Assembly (NCBI GenBank): GCA_963753345.1
Contig: CAVWBU010000027.1
Location: 287,624 to 351,623, forward strand
DNA from: an uncultured Fibrobacterota bacterium
GTDB lineage: Bacteria; Fibrobacterota; Chitinivibrionia; Chitinivibrionales; FEN-1185
Direction of reading: 5' to 3'
Length of the DNA stretch: 64,000 bases
In this document: positions 1 through 10,200 of the stretch, in pieces
Position numbering within the stretch: the first letter of the stretch is position 1
How the letters are laid out: each line of letters begins with the position of its first letter
Program-made: the position numbers and the translations under genes
The notes under the pieces: generated by a model
What the model saw: the letters and a program-made list of their open reading frames with translations, nothing else
The model's database searches: none
Told to the model about the DNA's origin: nothing

Positions 1-158
1 TGGAGGTCCCGCAATAGCGGGATGCCGCCCGGACCCGCCGCTACCGCGGCACTGGGCCGTGGCGGCCCGAGGCCGGAGGCCGAGACCGGAAGGACGGCCG
101 CCGCTGCGGAGCAGCGGGGCGCCCAAATCTTTTCTTTCTTTACCTAGTGATATTTTTG

Positions 159-530
159 CTACGCCAGAAACGCATTCCGTATATGATCGATCTTCCCTTT
201 GTAAATGGTGATCACATCGAACCTGGATCTCCGGTTGCCGCCGTGTTCGGCGAGATACTGGCGCGCGAGCCGCGCGATTTTCATCTGTTTTGGCCGCGTC
301 ACCCAGAACGCGGGATTCCCCCGCGCGTCGGAGCGCGCGCATTTTACTTCAATGAACACGAGCGTGTTGTTCGGGTCTGTGGCGATGCAATCGATTTCGC
401 CGCGTTTTGTCCGGTAGTTACGCGAAACAATGGAATACCCGTGGGAAATCAGATAGTCGGCGGCCTCGTCCTCGCCTTCCCTGCCTTTCCGGCAGGTGTC
501 CATCGAGGACATTCCGTCTCCGCCGTTCAT
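159..530 (-). CDS. yraN: YraN-family (UPF0102) endonuclease-fold protein
   Basis: 123-aa ORF with the 'RGEIDCIA...LVFIEVK' core typical of UPF0102/YraN. The ATG at 528-530 overlaps the TGA of the upstream kinase gene (ATGA). Confidence 0.8.
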   Translation of the reverse strand: MNGGDGMSSMDTCRKGREGEDEAADYLISHGYSIVSRNYRTKRGEIDCIATDPNNTLVFIEVKCARSDARGNPAFWVTRPKQMKIARLARQYLAEHGGNRRSRFDVITIYKGKIDHIRNAFLA

Positions 531-1633
531 CAGTGGCCCATCATGTGGTTAAGGAGTATTGCGGCAAGGATGGCAATGAGGACCAGGGAAAGCCACTGGG
601 TTTCGACAAGGTCCAGCCAGTAGCCTTTGTCAAAAAGAAAGAAGACACCCGGCTGACGGCGCAGATGCCGCCGGTCTCCGGAACGCCGGTCGGTGATACG
701 CTTGTCGGATACCCTGTCGCCCGACAGATGTCCGTCGTCATGATTCTTCTGTACCGCGAATGAAACAGTGGTCCGGTCCACGGTTTCATTGATGTCGACC
801 GAATCCAGGTGTTCGAGCATTTCGTCGATCGATTCGTACCGCTCGTTCTTGTCCTTTTTAAGCGCCCTCAGCACGATAAGTTCGAGGCGCTTCGGCGTAT
901 CGCGCCGTTTCACGGAGGGCGGAACCGGGATTTCGTGCACGTGCTTGTAAGCGGTCGCCACCGGGTTGTTGGCGAGGAACGGCGGCCTCTTGGTGAGCAT
1001 TTCGTAAATGACGACGCCCAGCGAGTAGATGTCGGTTTTGCAGTCCACCTCCACGCCTTCGGCCTGCTCGGGTGACATGTACTCGGGCGTGCCCACCGTG
1101 ACGCCGGTCATGGTGATGCCGCTGGACGAGAACATCTTTGCGATGCCGAAATCCGACAGGCGCGCGATGTTCTCTTTGTCAACAAGGATGTTCTGCGGCT
1201 TGATGTCGCGGTGAATAACATCCTGGGCGTGGGCGTAGCGCAGGCCCCGGCAAATCTGCTTCGCCACGTCGATGATCTCCGACGCCGGCAGCGGCTTTTT
1301 TGACTGGATTCGCGCGGAAAGGTTCTCGCCGTCTATAAACTGCATTGCGAAATAGCGGTAGCCCTTGTCCTCGCCGGCTTCATACAGGCTCACGATGTTC
1401 TGGTGTTGCAGGCGCGAAATTGCTTTCGCCTCGATGTCGAACCGTTTGGCAAGCTCGTCGTTGAGCGATAATTGCGGGGGCAGAACCTTGAGGGCAACAA
1501 CGCGGTTGATGGGCTCCTGCATCGCCTTGTAAACGACTCCCATGCCGCCCATTCCCACAATCTGGAGGACCTTGAAATTGCCGATACGCTCGGGGAAAAG
1601 CGAAGGATCGGTGTTTCTTGCAGCGGTGGACAT
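530..1633 (-). CDS. Hanks-type Ser/Thr protein kinase with C-terminal TM anchor
   Basis: GMGGMGVVYKA (G-loop), VALKVL, HRDIKPQN, DFG and GTPEYMSPE are all present. A hydrophobic C-terminal helix (LSLVLIAILAAILL) follows. ATG at 1631-1633. Confidence 0.92.
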   Translation of the reverse strand: MSTAARNTDPSLFPERIGNFKVLQIVGMGGMGVVYKAMQEPINRVVALKVLPPQLSLNDELAKRFDIEAKAISRLQHQNIVSLYEAGEDKGYRYFAMQFIDGENLSARIQSKKPLPASEIIDVAKQICRGLRYAHAQDVIHRDIKPQNILVDKENIARLSDFGIAKMFSSSGITMTGVTVGTPEYMSPEQAEGVEVDCKTDIYSLGVVIYEMLTKRPPFLANNPVATAYKHVHEIPVPPSVKRRDTPKRLELIVLRALKKDKNERYESIDEMLEHLDSVDINETVDRTTVSFAVQKNHDDGHLSGDRVSDKRITDRRSGDRRHLRRQPGVFFLFDKGYWLDLVETQWLSLVLIAILAAILLNHMMGH

Positions 1634-1662
1634 GAATCGAACCTCATTGGTGTACCGGCAGG

Positions 1663-3838
1663 CTACCCTACCCTGTTTCCCTGCACAAGCTTTCTAAAAC
1701 GGATGCCTACAAAGAGTAAAATAGTTAATCCGCCGCACAGAAGTAACAGCCCCGGCCAATCGTTCCGGGTCCACAATGTCTGGTCGAAGAAACTCATTTT
1801 CTTGAACATCGAAAACACGGGACGCGCAACCGTCAGGTGTGAAAGTACCGTGCCGGCCGCGGGCATTTCATCGAAAGGCATCAGGATGCCGGAAAAGAAA
1901 ATCTGCGGTATGAATATGATGGGCAGGAAACTTATGGCCATGTTCACGTTGCGGGAAAACGCGCTGATGCACAGGCCCAGCAGAGAACCTGCGGAGCAGG
2001 CGACGCACAGCAGAACGCCGCTGCTTGTCCCGAGGGAAAAATTCGCAAAAATGCCGTGCAGGCACGCTCCGAAAAACAGCGCCTGGACCACGCCCAGGAG
2101 GCAGAACACCAGTATCTTTGACAGACCGTACGCAATCTTGGAAAGGCCGACGCGGAATTCCCTTTCGACAAGGTCCCACTCGCGTGCGATTTCGCGCACC
2201 GAATTCATGCCGCCCATCCAGATCACCGATATCGATATGCAGAAGTAAAACGACAGCGGCAGAAAATTGCTGTCCGGCTTGAACACGATCGCCAGCAGTA
2301 TGGCGATAAGCGGCGCCTGCAGGAGCACGAGACCGAGCGTCCGCACGTCGCGGACGAGCATGGTGGTGTAGCGGCCCGTAAGAAGCCGCATCTGCCGGAA
2401 AAACGAGACGTTTTTCGGTTTGTACAGCCGAACCGCCTCATCGTAGCCGTTGTTCCCAGATCGTTCTCGCGTTGCGGAAACGGAACGTCCGATCGCGCCT
2501 GCCGCGTTTTCCACCGACAGCGCCCGCGCCTTTTCGTAGACGTCGGCCAGCGCAATGGTGCCGAAGTTCCGGCGCAAATCTTCGGGAGAGCCGGCGAACA
2601 CCAGTTTCCCGCGCGACACAAAAAGGAGCCTGTTGCACAGCTCGATTTGTTCGAGCGTATGCGTGGTGAGGAGAATGGTGTGGCCCTTGTCGCAGATCGC
2701 CCGGAACAGTTCCATAAATTTGTGGGTGAGGCCCGGGTCAAGGCCGGCCAGCGGTTCGTCGAGAAAAATGACCGTCGGCGAAGAAAGCAGTTCGATGCCG
2801 AAATGAACGCGTTTCGCCTCCCCTCCCGACAGATCGGAAATTCTGCGGTTCCCCAGCGCCGAGACATCGAGCAGTTCCATCACTTCACGGATGCGCTCAC
2901 GGTGCTCGGCCGGCAGGCTGTCCCGCGGGAGCCTGAGCACGCTCTGCTCCGTGAATGTTTCGAGCACGGTGAGCTCGTGCCTGAGCAGGTTATGCTGGGA
3001 CACGAATCCGATCGTCGAATTGAACGCGGAGCAGAATTTACGCATCGGAAGCCCGTTGTAGTAGACAACGCCTCCCGAAAGGGGGATCTGGCCGGTGAGC
3101 GCGTTCGCAAGCGTGGACTTTCCCGCCCCGGACGGCCCCAAAATGGCAACAAACTCGCCGGGTTCTATGGACAGCGAAACGTTGTCGACAAGCGCGGTCT
3201 TTCCCCGCGTGACGCCCACGTTGAACGCCTCAATGCGGATCCGGTTGAAATCCTGGGTCTGCTTGAGCGATCCGTTGTCAAGGAAGAAACGGTACGGCCC
3301 GATCTGGACAACGTCGCCGTCGTCAAGCTTCGCTGGCGCGCACGGCTTTGCCGTTGACAAAGGTTCCATTGGTGCTTCCGTGATCCTCCACCGAGCACGC
3401 CTTCCCCGCACCGGACCTGAATGTCGCGTGGAACCGTGACACCAGAGGATGAGGAAGGCAAATCGTGCTTGACGGATCGCGGCCGATGACCACTTCCGAG
3501 GATGCCCGGTCGTACAATGTCTTTTCGGGCGCCGATTCCGCTTCGCGGAACGGGGAAAGCGTCACGTTCTGTTTGTCAATGCGCACCCTGAACTTCGCAA
3601 CGCCGGCGGTTATCACCGCTCCGTCGCACAGCGCGGCAGTATCGACGGGATTCCCGTCAACACGGGTGCCGAACGTGCTGCGGCAGTCTTCGATGAGAAC
3701 CGATTCTTCGCTGATCCGGATGAGCGCGTGGATGCGCGAGACGCCGATGCCCCTCAGGGGTACGTCGCTGGCCGGATCGCGACCCATGGTGACCGTTCGG
3801 ACGGTTCTCGGGAATACGTATTCGGGCGGGGATTGCAT
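1663..3838 (-). pseudogene. FHA-FHA-ABC transporter (fused ATPase + ABC-2 permease, Rv1747-like architecture); reading frame broken once at about 3325-3350
   Basis: ORF 3323..3871 carries FHA domain 1 and the first half of FHA domain 2 (…STNGTFVNGKAV). ORF 1663..3411 starts with the second half (…KLDDGDVVQIGPYRFFL), then Walker A GPSGAGKST, signature LSGGEAKRV, Walker B VIFLDEPLAGLD and six or more TM helices. The ATG at 3836-3838 is preferred over the TTG at 3871. Confidence 0.8.
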
Positions 3839-3842
3839 CGGG

Positions 3843-4433
3843 TTACCGGGCGGCGATCTCTTGCCGGACAATACGTATCACATCGGACTTCGCTTTTTCG
3901 AGATTGTTGTTGACCACGGTATACTCGTACTTCCCTTCCCTCTTTGCGAAATCCATTTCCTTCACTGCGTTTGCTATTCTGAGGTCGATTGCCTCCCTGG
4001 AATCGGTGCCGCGCTTTTCAAGCCGCTGCCGCAATATCTCGATGGACGGCGGGAGGATGAGAATGCCGACGGCCTGCGGATACACAACGTCGAATTTCTT
4101 CTTGCCGATCACGTCGATGTCCATGATGATATGCTTTCCCGATGCGATTGTATCGTCGATGAAACAGCGGGGCGTTCCATAGAAGTGGCCGTGGACCACA
4201 GCCCATTCCGCAAATTCGCCGGCCTCCATTCTCTTTTTGAATTCTCTTTCGGAAAGAAAAAAGTAGTGCACGCCGTCCGTTTCTCCGGTGCGCGGCAACC
4301 GGGTGGTTGCCGAAATCGAATAGACGAGGCCGGGCACGGTTTGTCGCAGATGGTCGAGCAGCGTCGTTTTGCCCGCGCCCGAGGCCGCGGAAAAGACAAA
4401 AATCTTTCCGGGTTTGTTTTGCAAGGACGTCAT
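3843..4433 (-). CDS. gmk: guanylate kinase
   Basis: 196 aa. P-loop SAASGAGKTTL plus the SATTRLPRTGETDGVHYFF motif, with full-length collinearity to Gmk. Confidence 0.95.
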   Translation of the reverse strand: MTSLQNKPGKIFVFSAASGAGKTTLLDHLRQTVPGLVYSISATTRLPRTGETDGVHYFFLSEREFKKRMEAGEFAEWAVVHGHFYGTPRCFIDDTIASGKHIIMDIDVIGKKKFDVVYPQAVGILILPPSIEILRQRLEKRGTDSREAIDLRIANAVKEMDFAKREGKYEYTVVNNNLEKAKSDVIRIVRQEIAAR

Positions 4434-4465
4434 CCTGGTGTGCGGTTCTTGAGCATAAACGGACG

Positions 4466-4978
4466 TCAGGGGTCCTTGATAAATGCGGCAGTGGGCAGCG
4501 GCACACCGCTCAGGTCTACACCAAGGGACAGGTATTTCACAAAATTGCTCAACGGTATCTCCCAGGCGCCGGCGTTATCGATGTTGAGCCGAATGCCTGC
4601 GATAGGAATGCTGCATTCGATGGAATCAAGCGTGTTGGTTGCAGTGTTTATCTGTCGGCACTTCATTCTTTCCATCCAGACCGTGTCCTGCTTGGCAACC
4701 GTGTCCGAAGCGATTGACCACGTGCCGGATTCCTTTTCCATGGTATCGGCGCCGTTGATATTCACATTGATGGAGTAGTCGTGAAGGCTGTCGTAAGACA
4801 TCACGATATGGAAGGTGGAGTCCGGAGTCCAGACAAGCTCGTATCTCCAGGTGCCGATCACCTGTTTCTCCAATTGAGACAGCGGCGGTGCGCTGCGCGG
4901 ACCGGATGGTTTGTCGATGTTGCATGAAACCAAAACCATGGATGCGACAAAAAATAAAAATGCGCAAAGTCGTTTCAT
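4466..4978 (-). CDS. lipoprotein, unknown function
   Basis: Internal ATG at 4976-4978 gives MKRLCAFLFFVASMVLVSC, a signal peptide plus lipobox (LVSC). The longer ORF to 5092 has no signal peptide. Confidence 0.6.
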   Translation of the reverse strand: MKRLCAFLFFVASMVLVSCNIDKPSGPRSAPPLSQLEKQVIGTWRYELVWTPDSTFHIVMSYDSLHDYSINVNINGADTMEKESGTWSIASDTVAKQDTVWMERMKCRQINTATNTLDSIECSIPIAGIRLNIDNAGAWEIPLSNFVKYLSLGVDLSGVPLPTAAFIKDP

Positions 4979-5064
4979 CGTAATAATCCTGGAGATTTTT
5001 TGCATAATGCCGTCTCTTAAATAATATAACTCCTGAGTTTGCATTCGGCCATTTTTTCGCGGGG

Positions 5065-6687
5065 ATGTATTTTGAAATGACCAGGCAACCAAGCACCTTC
5101 CACATCAGACAAATCATGCATGATGAAGCTTCGCACAACAATCGATTGAAAGCCGTTGTCGCAGTACCGCCTGTCAAGGATTTCTACTTTACCAGGCACC
5201 GGTTCTCTTCCCTTGGCGCGAGAACTGTTTTCAAGATCCTCAAGGCCAGCGGCGTTGATGCCGCCTTTCTTGATTTCCCCTCAATGAAGAAGAATGGCCA
5301 ACAGATTGATATTCCTGATGAAATTGCGTACCTCAACCGGTGTATCATTCCGGGCGAAACCGGAAAACTGTCGTATTTTACGAAATATCAGCTATTTGGG
5401 CCTTCAGTTGAGGAATGCGCAGAAATAATTTGCAGTCATCACCCGGCGCTTTGTTTTCTGAGCTGCTTCGCCTTTTCGTACGGCAAGGAACTTATTGATC
5501 TTGCCGGAAATATCAAGAAAGTCAATCCTGATATCGTGGTTGTTGCAGGAGGCGCCGGAGTCACGGCCTATCCGCACTATTTTCTGAGAGACGCAAACAT
5601 TGATTTTGTGCTTTGTGGTGAAGCCGAGGTCAACCTGCACATCTTTCTGGAAGCGGCGGTAGCCAAGACAGTGACTTTCGATCAGGTGCCGAACTTAATG
5701 TGGAAAAAGGACGGGATGGTGCGACAATCCCGTGCCAAAAGCTCCTCCAATTCCACGATGATCGAACCGCTGATCGCCAAAGTGTGGGAAACCAACAAAT
5801 CAGTTTACTTTTCGACGTGTTTGAGCCGGGGATGTCCAAACGAATGCAAGTTTTGCTCCAATTGGATAGTGCATGGGAGGAGTTTTCGAACCGTTGCAAT
5901 CGACAAATTTATCAATGAATTGTGTGGTATTTCAATCGATGAGAACGATGACAGAAGAATTTATGTCAATTTTGAGGACGACAACCTGCTTTTAGCGCCG
6001 GACTACCTTATCGAAGTGATGGCACAGGTCAAAAAGCGGTTGCCGAAGGCGTCATTCCTTGCCGAAAACGGCCTCGACTTCCGGCTGCTCACGCCTGCCT
6101 TGGCCGACGAGCTTGTTTTACTGGGAATGACCTCATTTAACTTCACTCTTTGTTCCGTAAACAAAAACCTTCTGGAACAACAAGGCCGCAGAACTTCCCT
6201 TTCGCATTACGAATCAATCGTCAGGCACGTAGCCGCACAGCATGTTCCAATTCTCTCCTATTTTATTGCAGGACTTGAAGATGATTCAAAGCTTCATTCG
6301 GTGGATACGCTGGCATTCCTTTTTGGCCTGCCGACAACTGTTGGAATTTCAATGTTTTATGCTGTTGCAGGCATATATGGGTTCGAAAATCCAGAGCGGT
6401 TTGATAAAATTGCCCCCTGTATTTGCAATGGTTCGTCAGCATTTCCATGGAATGGCTCACTGTCGACAGAAGAGCTGATAACATCTTTCAGATTAAGCAG
6501 ATACGTCAACCTGCTGAAGTCGGTCAATAAGTCACCAATAGAAACAAAATTGCTGAAAAAAGTCACGGCTGAGCAGAAGCTCTTCACACTTGTCAACAAT
6601 GAGGAAGGTATTTCAATTGTCGAAGTGCCGGAATATCACCGCGGCATGGTGAGAATGTTTTTGCAGAAAGTCAAGCCGGAGGACTGA
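5065..6687 (+). CDS. B12-binding-domain radical SAM protein (class B rSAM), paralogue 1
   Basis: 540 aa. The N-terminal Rossmann-like part (DIVVVAGGAGVT) is followed by the CxxxCxxC cluster motif CPNECKFC. The start is uncertain (alternative ATGs at 5077 and 5116). Confidence 0.85.
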   Translation: MYFEMTRQPSTFHIRQIMHDEASHNNRLKAVVAVPPVKDFYFTRHRFSSLGARTVFKILKASGVDAAFLDFPSMKKNGQQIDIPDEIAYLNRCIIPGETGKLSYFTKYQLFGPSVEECAEIICSHHPALCFLSCFAFSYGKELIDLAGNIKKVNPDIVVVAGGAGVTAYPHYFLRDANIDFVLCGEAEVNLHIFLEAAVAKTVTFDQVPNLMWKKDGMVRQSRAKSSSNSTMIEPLIAKVWETNKSVYFSTCLSRGCPNECKFCSNWIVHGRSFRTVAIDKFINELCGISIDENDDRRIYVNFEDDNLLLAPDYLIEVMAQVKKRLPKASFLAENGLDFRLLTPALADELVLLGMTSFNFTLCSVNKNLLEQQGRRTSLSHYESIVRHVAAQHVPILSYFIAGLEDDSKLHSVDTLAFLFGLPTTVGISMFYAVAGIYGFENPERFDKIAPCICNGSSAFPWNGSLSTEELITSFRLSRYVNLLKSVNKSPIETKLLKKVTAEQKLFTLVNNEEGISIVEVPEYHRGMVRMFLQKVKPED

Positions 6688-6725
6688 CCTAACAAAGCTG
6701 TTCAAAAGTATGATCTAGTTCCGAT

Positions 6726-6786
6726 GTCACCCTGAGCTTGTCGAAGGGTCATCGGGTAAGAGACGGTTCGACAGGCTCACCGTGAC
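6726..6786. repeat. imperfect palindromic (REP/MITE-like) intergenic element, copy 1
   Basis: The arms gtcaccctgagcttgtcgaa and ttcgacaggctcaccgtgac pair at 17 of 20 positions. A related copy in the opposite orientation lies at 37012-37065. Confidence 0.6.
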
Positions 6787-6839
6787 ACATTCAGTGTGGT
6801 ATTCCTTATGAACTACTTAGTAACAACACCGGCACAACA

Positions 6840-7181
6840 TCATCCTTTGAAAATGAAATATACGGCCCCCACAAGGCACAGGCCTGCCCACAGAAAATTG
6901 AGCCTGATCGGCTGACGCATGTACAGAACGGCGAACGGCACAAACACCAGCAGCGTTATAACCTCCTGCAGAATCTTGAGCTGACCGAGGTTCAGCGCCG
7001 AATACCCTATCCTGTTCGCCGGGACCTGGATCATGTACTCGAAGAAAGCAATGGACCAGCTCACAATCGCGGCAATGTACCACTTTCTGTCAAGAAGGTT
7101 TTTCAGGTGAGCATACCATGCAAAGGTCATGAACACGTTGGAAAGAATCAGAAGACCGGCTGTTTTAAGAATTACGGGCAT
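6840..7181 (-). CDS. small DMT-superfamily membrane protein (DUF486-like)
   Basis: 113 aa with four predicted TM helices. The N-terminus MPVILKTAGLLILSNVFMTFAWYAHLK is typical of the DUF486/DMT family. Confidence 0.75.
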   Translation of the reverse strand: MPVILKTAGLLILSNVFMTFAWYAHLKNLLDRKWYIAAIVSWSIAFFEYMIQVPANRIGYSALNLGQLKILQEVITLLVFVPFAVLYMRQPIRLNFLWAGLCLVGAVYFIFKG

Positions 7182-7279
7182 AGGTGAGGAAGCCTCCTGT
7201 TACGAGCTGTTTGCAAATAAGAAATTGTTGCGGATGGAAAGAGAAGCGGGTCCAATGAGAAGCCTGAAATGCCGACATG

Positions 7280-10200
7280 TCAAGCAACGGCTTCAATTTT
7301 CTCGATGTTTTTCCTCCTGAAAGCAAGCCTGAAGCAGTTTCCCGTCGGATCGGTGTCGAGCCAGATACGGCCGCCGTGGGCGTTCATCACCATTTTACAG
7401 AAAAACAGCCCCAGCCCTTTGGAATACTGCGAGCTTGCGCTGCCCGAGCGGACATACTTGTCAAAGACCGCGGATTTTTCTTCTTCCGGAATTGGAACAC
7501 CGGAACTGAAAAAGCTTATGATGCTTTCATCATCGGTGACATCAAGGCTTAACACAACCCGTCCTTCCGCAGGAACGTATTTGGCAGCGTTGTTGAAGAT
7601 ATTCTGCATCACGCGTTCGACAAGATAGGTGTCCGCTTCAATGGCAAAAAGATCATTTGAGTTATCAACGTGCGAAATGGCCACGTTCTTTTCCTCGAAC
7701 ATGATATGCTTGCCCAGAGGCAGCGCCATGGCGAACAGGTTTTTTCCTGTAAGGGTGGCCTTCTTGAGCACAAGTTTGCCCTCTTCCATCTTCCCGATGT
7801 CGAGCAGATTCGACGAAAGGCTTGCTATGCCGGTGCAGCACTCCGAGACAATGCGGCTCGGTCCTGCGGATTTTCGGATCGTTCGGGAATTGTTTCGCAA
7901 GAAGGGAGGCATTGCCTTCGATACCAGCCGTATAATTTTTGATGTCATGCACAATGGTGCCCGCCAGGAGGCCCTTCATCCGCTCCGACTCAACGACTTT
8001 GACGTTGTACTCCTGCAATTCCTTGTTCTTTTCCTCAATGTCGCGCGTCTGTTCCTTCACCTTCTTCTCCAGGGTGCGGTTAAGACGCTTGAACCCGTCC
8101 ATGAGATAGGCATTCCGCAGGAGCGTATCGGCCTGCGCGGATAGAATCTGCGCCGCCTTCTTGGCGGTTTCGGAGAACAGGCCGCTCACCATGTCGTTGC
8201 CGAGGTAAACGCATCCGAGATAATATTCGCCATGGTACAACGGCACGCAGAGAACGGAACGGACCCTCTCTGTGTCTCCACTCAGTGTTTCTTTTGGTGC
8301 ATTTCTGGTAAGAATGATTGTCTTTTGTTTCTTGGTTTCTTCAATGATCTTTTCCGAATAATGCATGTCCCTGGGGTTTATCGATGCTCCGTCAAAATTC
8401 ATTCCCACTGTCTTGCCCGCAATACCGTCATCCTTATTCTCCTCCAGAAAAATATACCCGTATTGAGCGCCGGTCGCCTTGATCATGGCGGAAAGAATTT
8501 GCCCAAGCAAAGCGTCGATGTCGTCTATTTCCCGCATGGACGCGCTCACCTCGTACAGTGTGTCTATGCGAAGCTGGCTCACTTCCGATAGCGAGCCCTG
8601 CTGATCAATTGTTTTCGCCGGAGTATCCTTCTTGTATTCCACGATGACAATATCCGCTTTGTCCTTAAGCCGCTCGGTCTCAAGCTTGGCTCCGCATTGA
8701 TGGAAAAGCCTGTATGCGGCGTTAAACGGTCCCTTGCTTCGCCGGGCAGGTTGCAATCCTCAAGGAATAAACCGTAATCGCGAAGGGACTTGCCTTCTTC
8801 GTAGCGCATGTCGAGAACATGATGCTTCTTGATGGCTTTCTTGAAGAAGTACTTTGCGATGCGCTTTCTTCCCTTGAATGCATGAAACCAGGCGAGACAG
8901 CGCAACGCAGCACCCATGTGCGCGGGATAGACAATGCCACGGAAAAAGGCTTTTCTGCAATTGATGCCAAGGTCTTTGAGAAGTTTCTTTTCGGAAAGAT
9001 CCAGTTGCTTATTGGATTCGTTGGCCAGCCTGTTTCGTTTTTCGGAAATGAGGATTTCGCAATGGGTGGAATAGGCTGAGGCGATGTATTCCTGGTTGAG
9101 GTTTTTTTCTTTGATGGTTCTTAGCGATCGTAATGAAATATCGAAATGATTGCTTGACATTTCATTTAAAAACAAGGACATGTTTGCGAAAGAAATATTC
9201 GCTATCGTCTTTACCAGCGAATCATTCATTTGCTCGGATTTTTGTTTCAATGTCTACTCAAGTCTTCCTTGCCATTTTCGTCCTCCAGGAAGCGAATAAA
9301 GGACAGCAATCGTTCTTGCGAGAATATACACCTCTGATGATCATTGCATTCAATGCTTTGCGCGTTCCTCTTCATTCATGATTTCTTTGCATTTCTGCAA
9401 AGTTGCCAGTATAAAAAGCTAGTATAGCCAAGATGTTCTAAAGGCGTCAACTTGTCCCCAAGAGATCACCAACAGAACTGTAATTCATCAATGCTGCGTA
9501 TCAAATATTCTTCGGACTTTTTCCATATTGCCCCAAAGTAACATGTAGACAATGCCACAAAAACATTCCGCAAATAGCCAGAAGGTCTTTGCGATTAACT
9601 ATTCGCAATGATTTTATTGATTTCTTAAAATAAGCCAACGATCCGTTTCTTCATTAGCAAAACATAAGCGCCAACAATATGGTAAATGTAGGTCTCCGCT
9701 TTTTCGTAGCAATCTGGTAACCTGTCTGCAAGGTTCATTGCTTTAAGATGGACATATATTGCTAGAAGCATATCTTGAAAAAATAACGAATATGACAATT
9801 TGTTGAAAATTCTCAATATAAGCCGAATATTCTGATTGCTCATTTTTGGGGAACAAATGTTTCAAGCCAATTGAAAAGAATAATTGTACTATTGCCTTGT
9901 AACACAAGAAGAACACTTGCAACAATCTTGTTTCCAGGTAACCTGACATTCATTTGTCGTAAGGTTTCCGTAAAGAATTTTATCGAACTATCAAACTCCC
10001 CCATATTATGATAAATCGACCCCACCCTATACTTTATTTCCAATTGTTGATATTTCTCAAGTGCCTCAGGTTTTTCCAGCAATTTCAGGAACGTATTCAA
10101 TGCCTGCTGGTTCCTTCCCGTCATCATCAGCACATTCCCGAACTCCATCTGCACCTTGATCATGTCAACGGGAACAGGCAGACCCAGGCCAGGGCACTGC

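Noticed and set aside
1-146. GC-rich leading segment. It contains an SRP-RNA-like 'accggaagga' string (85-94), a P12-like 'cccgcaatagcgggat' hairpin, and a hairpin at 101-117 followed by a distant T-rich run. Frame 1 is open to a TAG at 144-146.
   Set aside because: The SRP helix-8 'AGCA' loop and the RNase P universal motifs (GGAAAGUCC, ACAGAACCCGGCUUA) are absent. The T-run is 11 nt from the stem. The open frame is truncated and low-complexity, so I cannot support a CDS or an RNA call.
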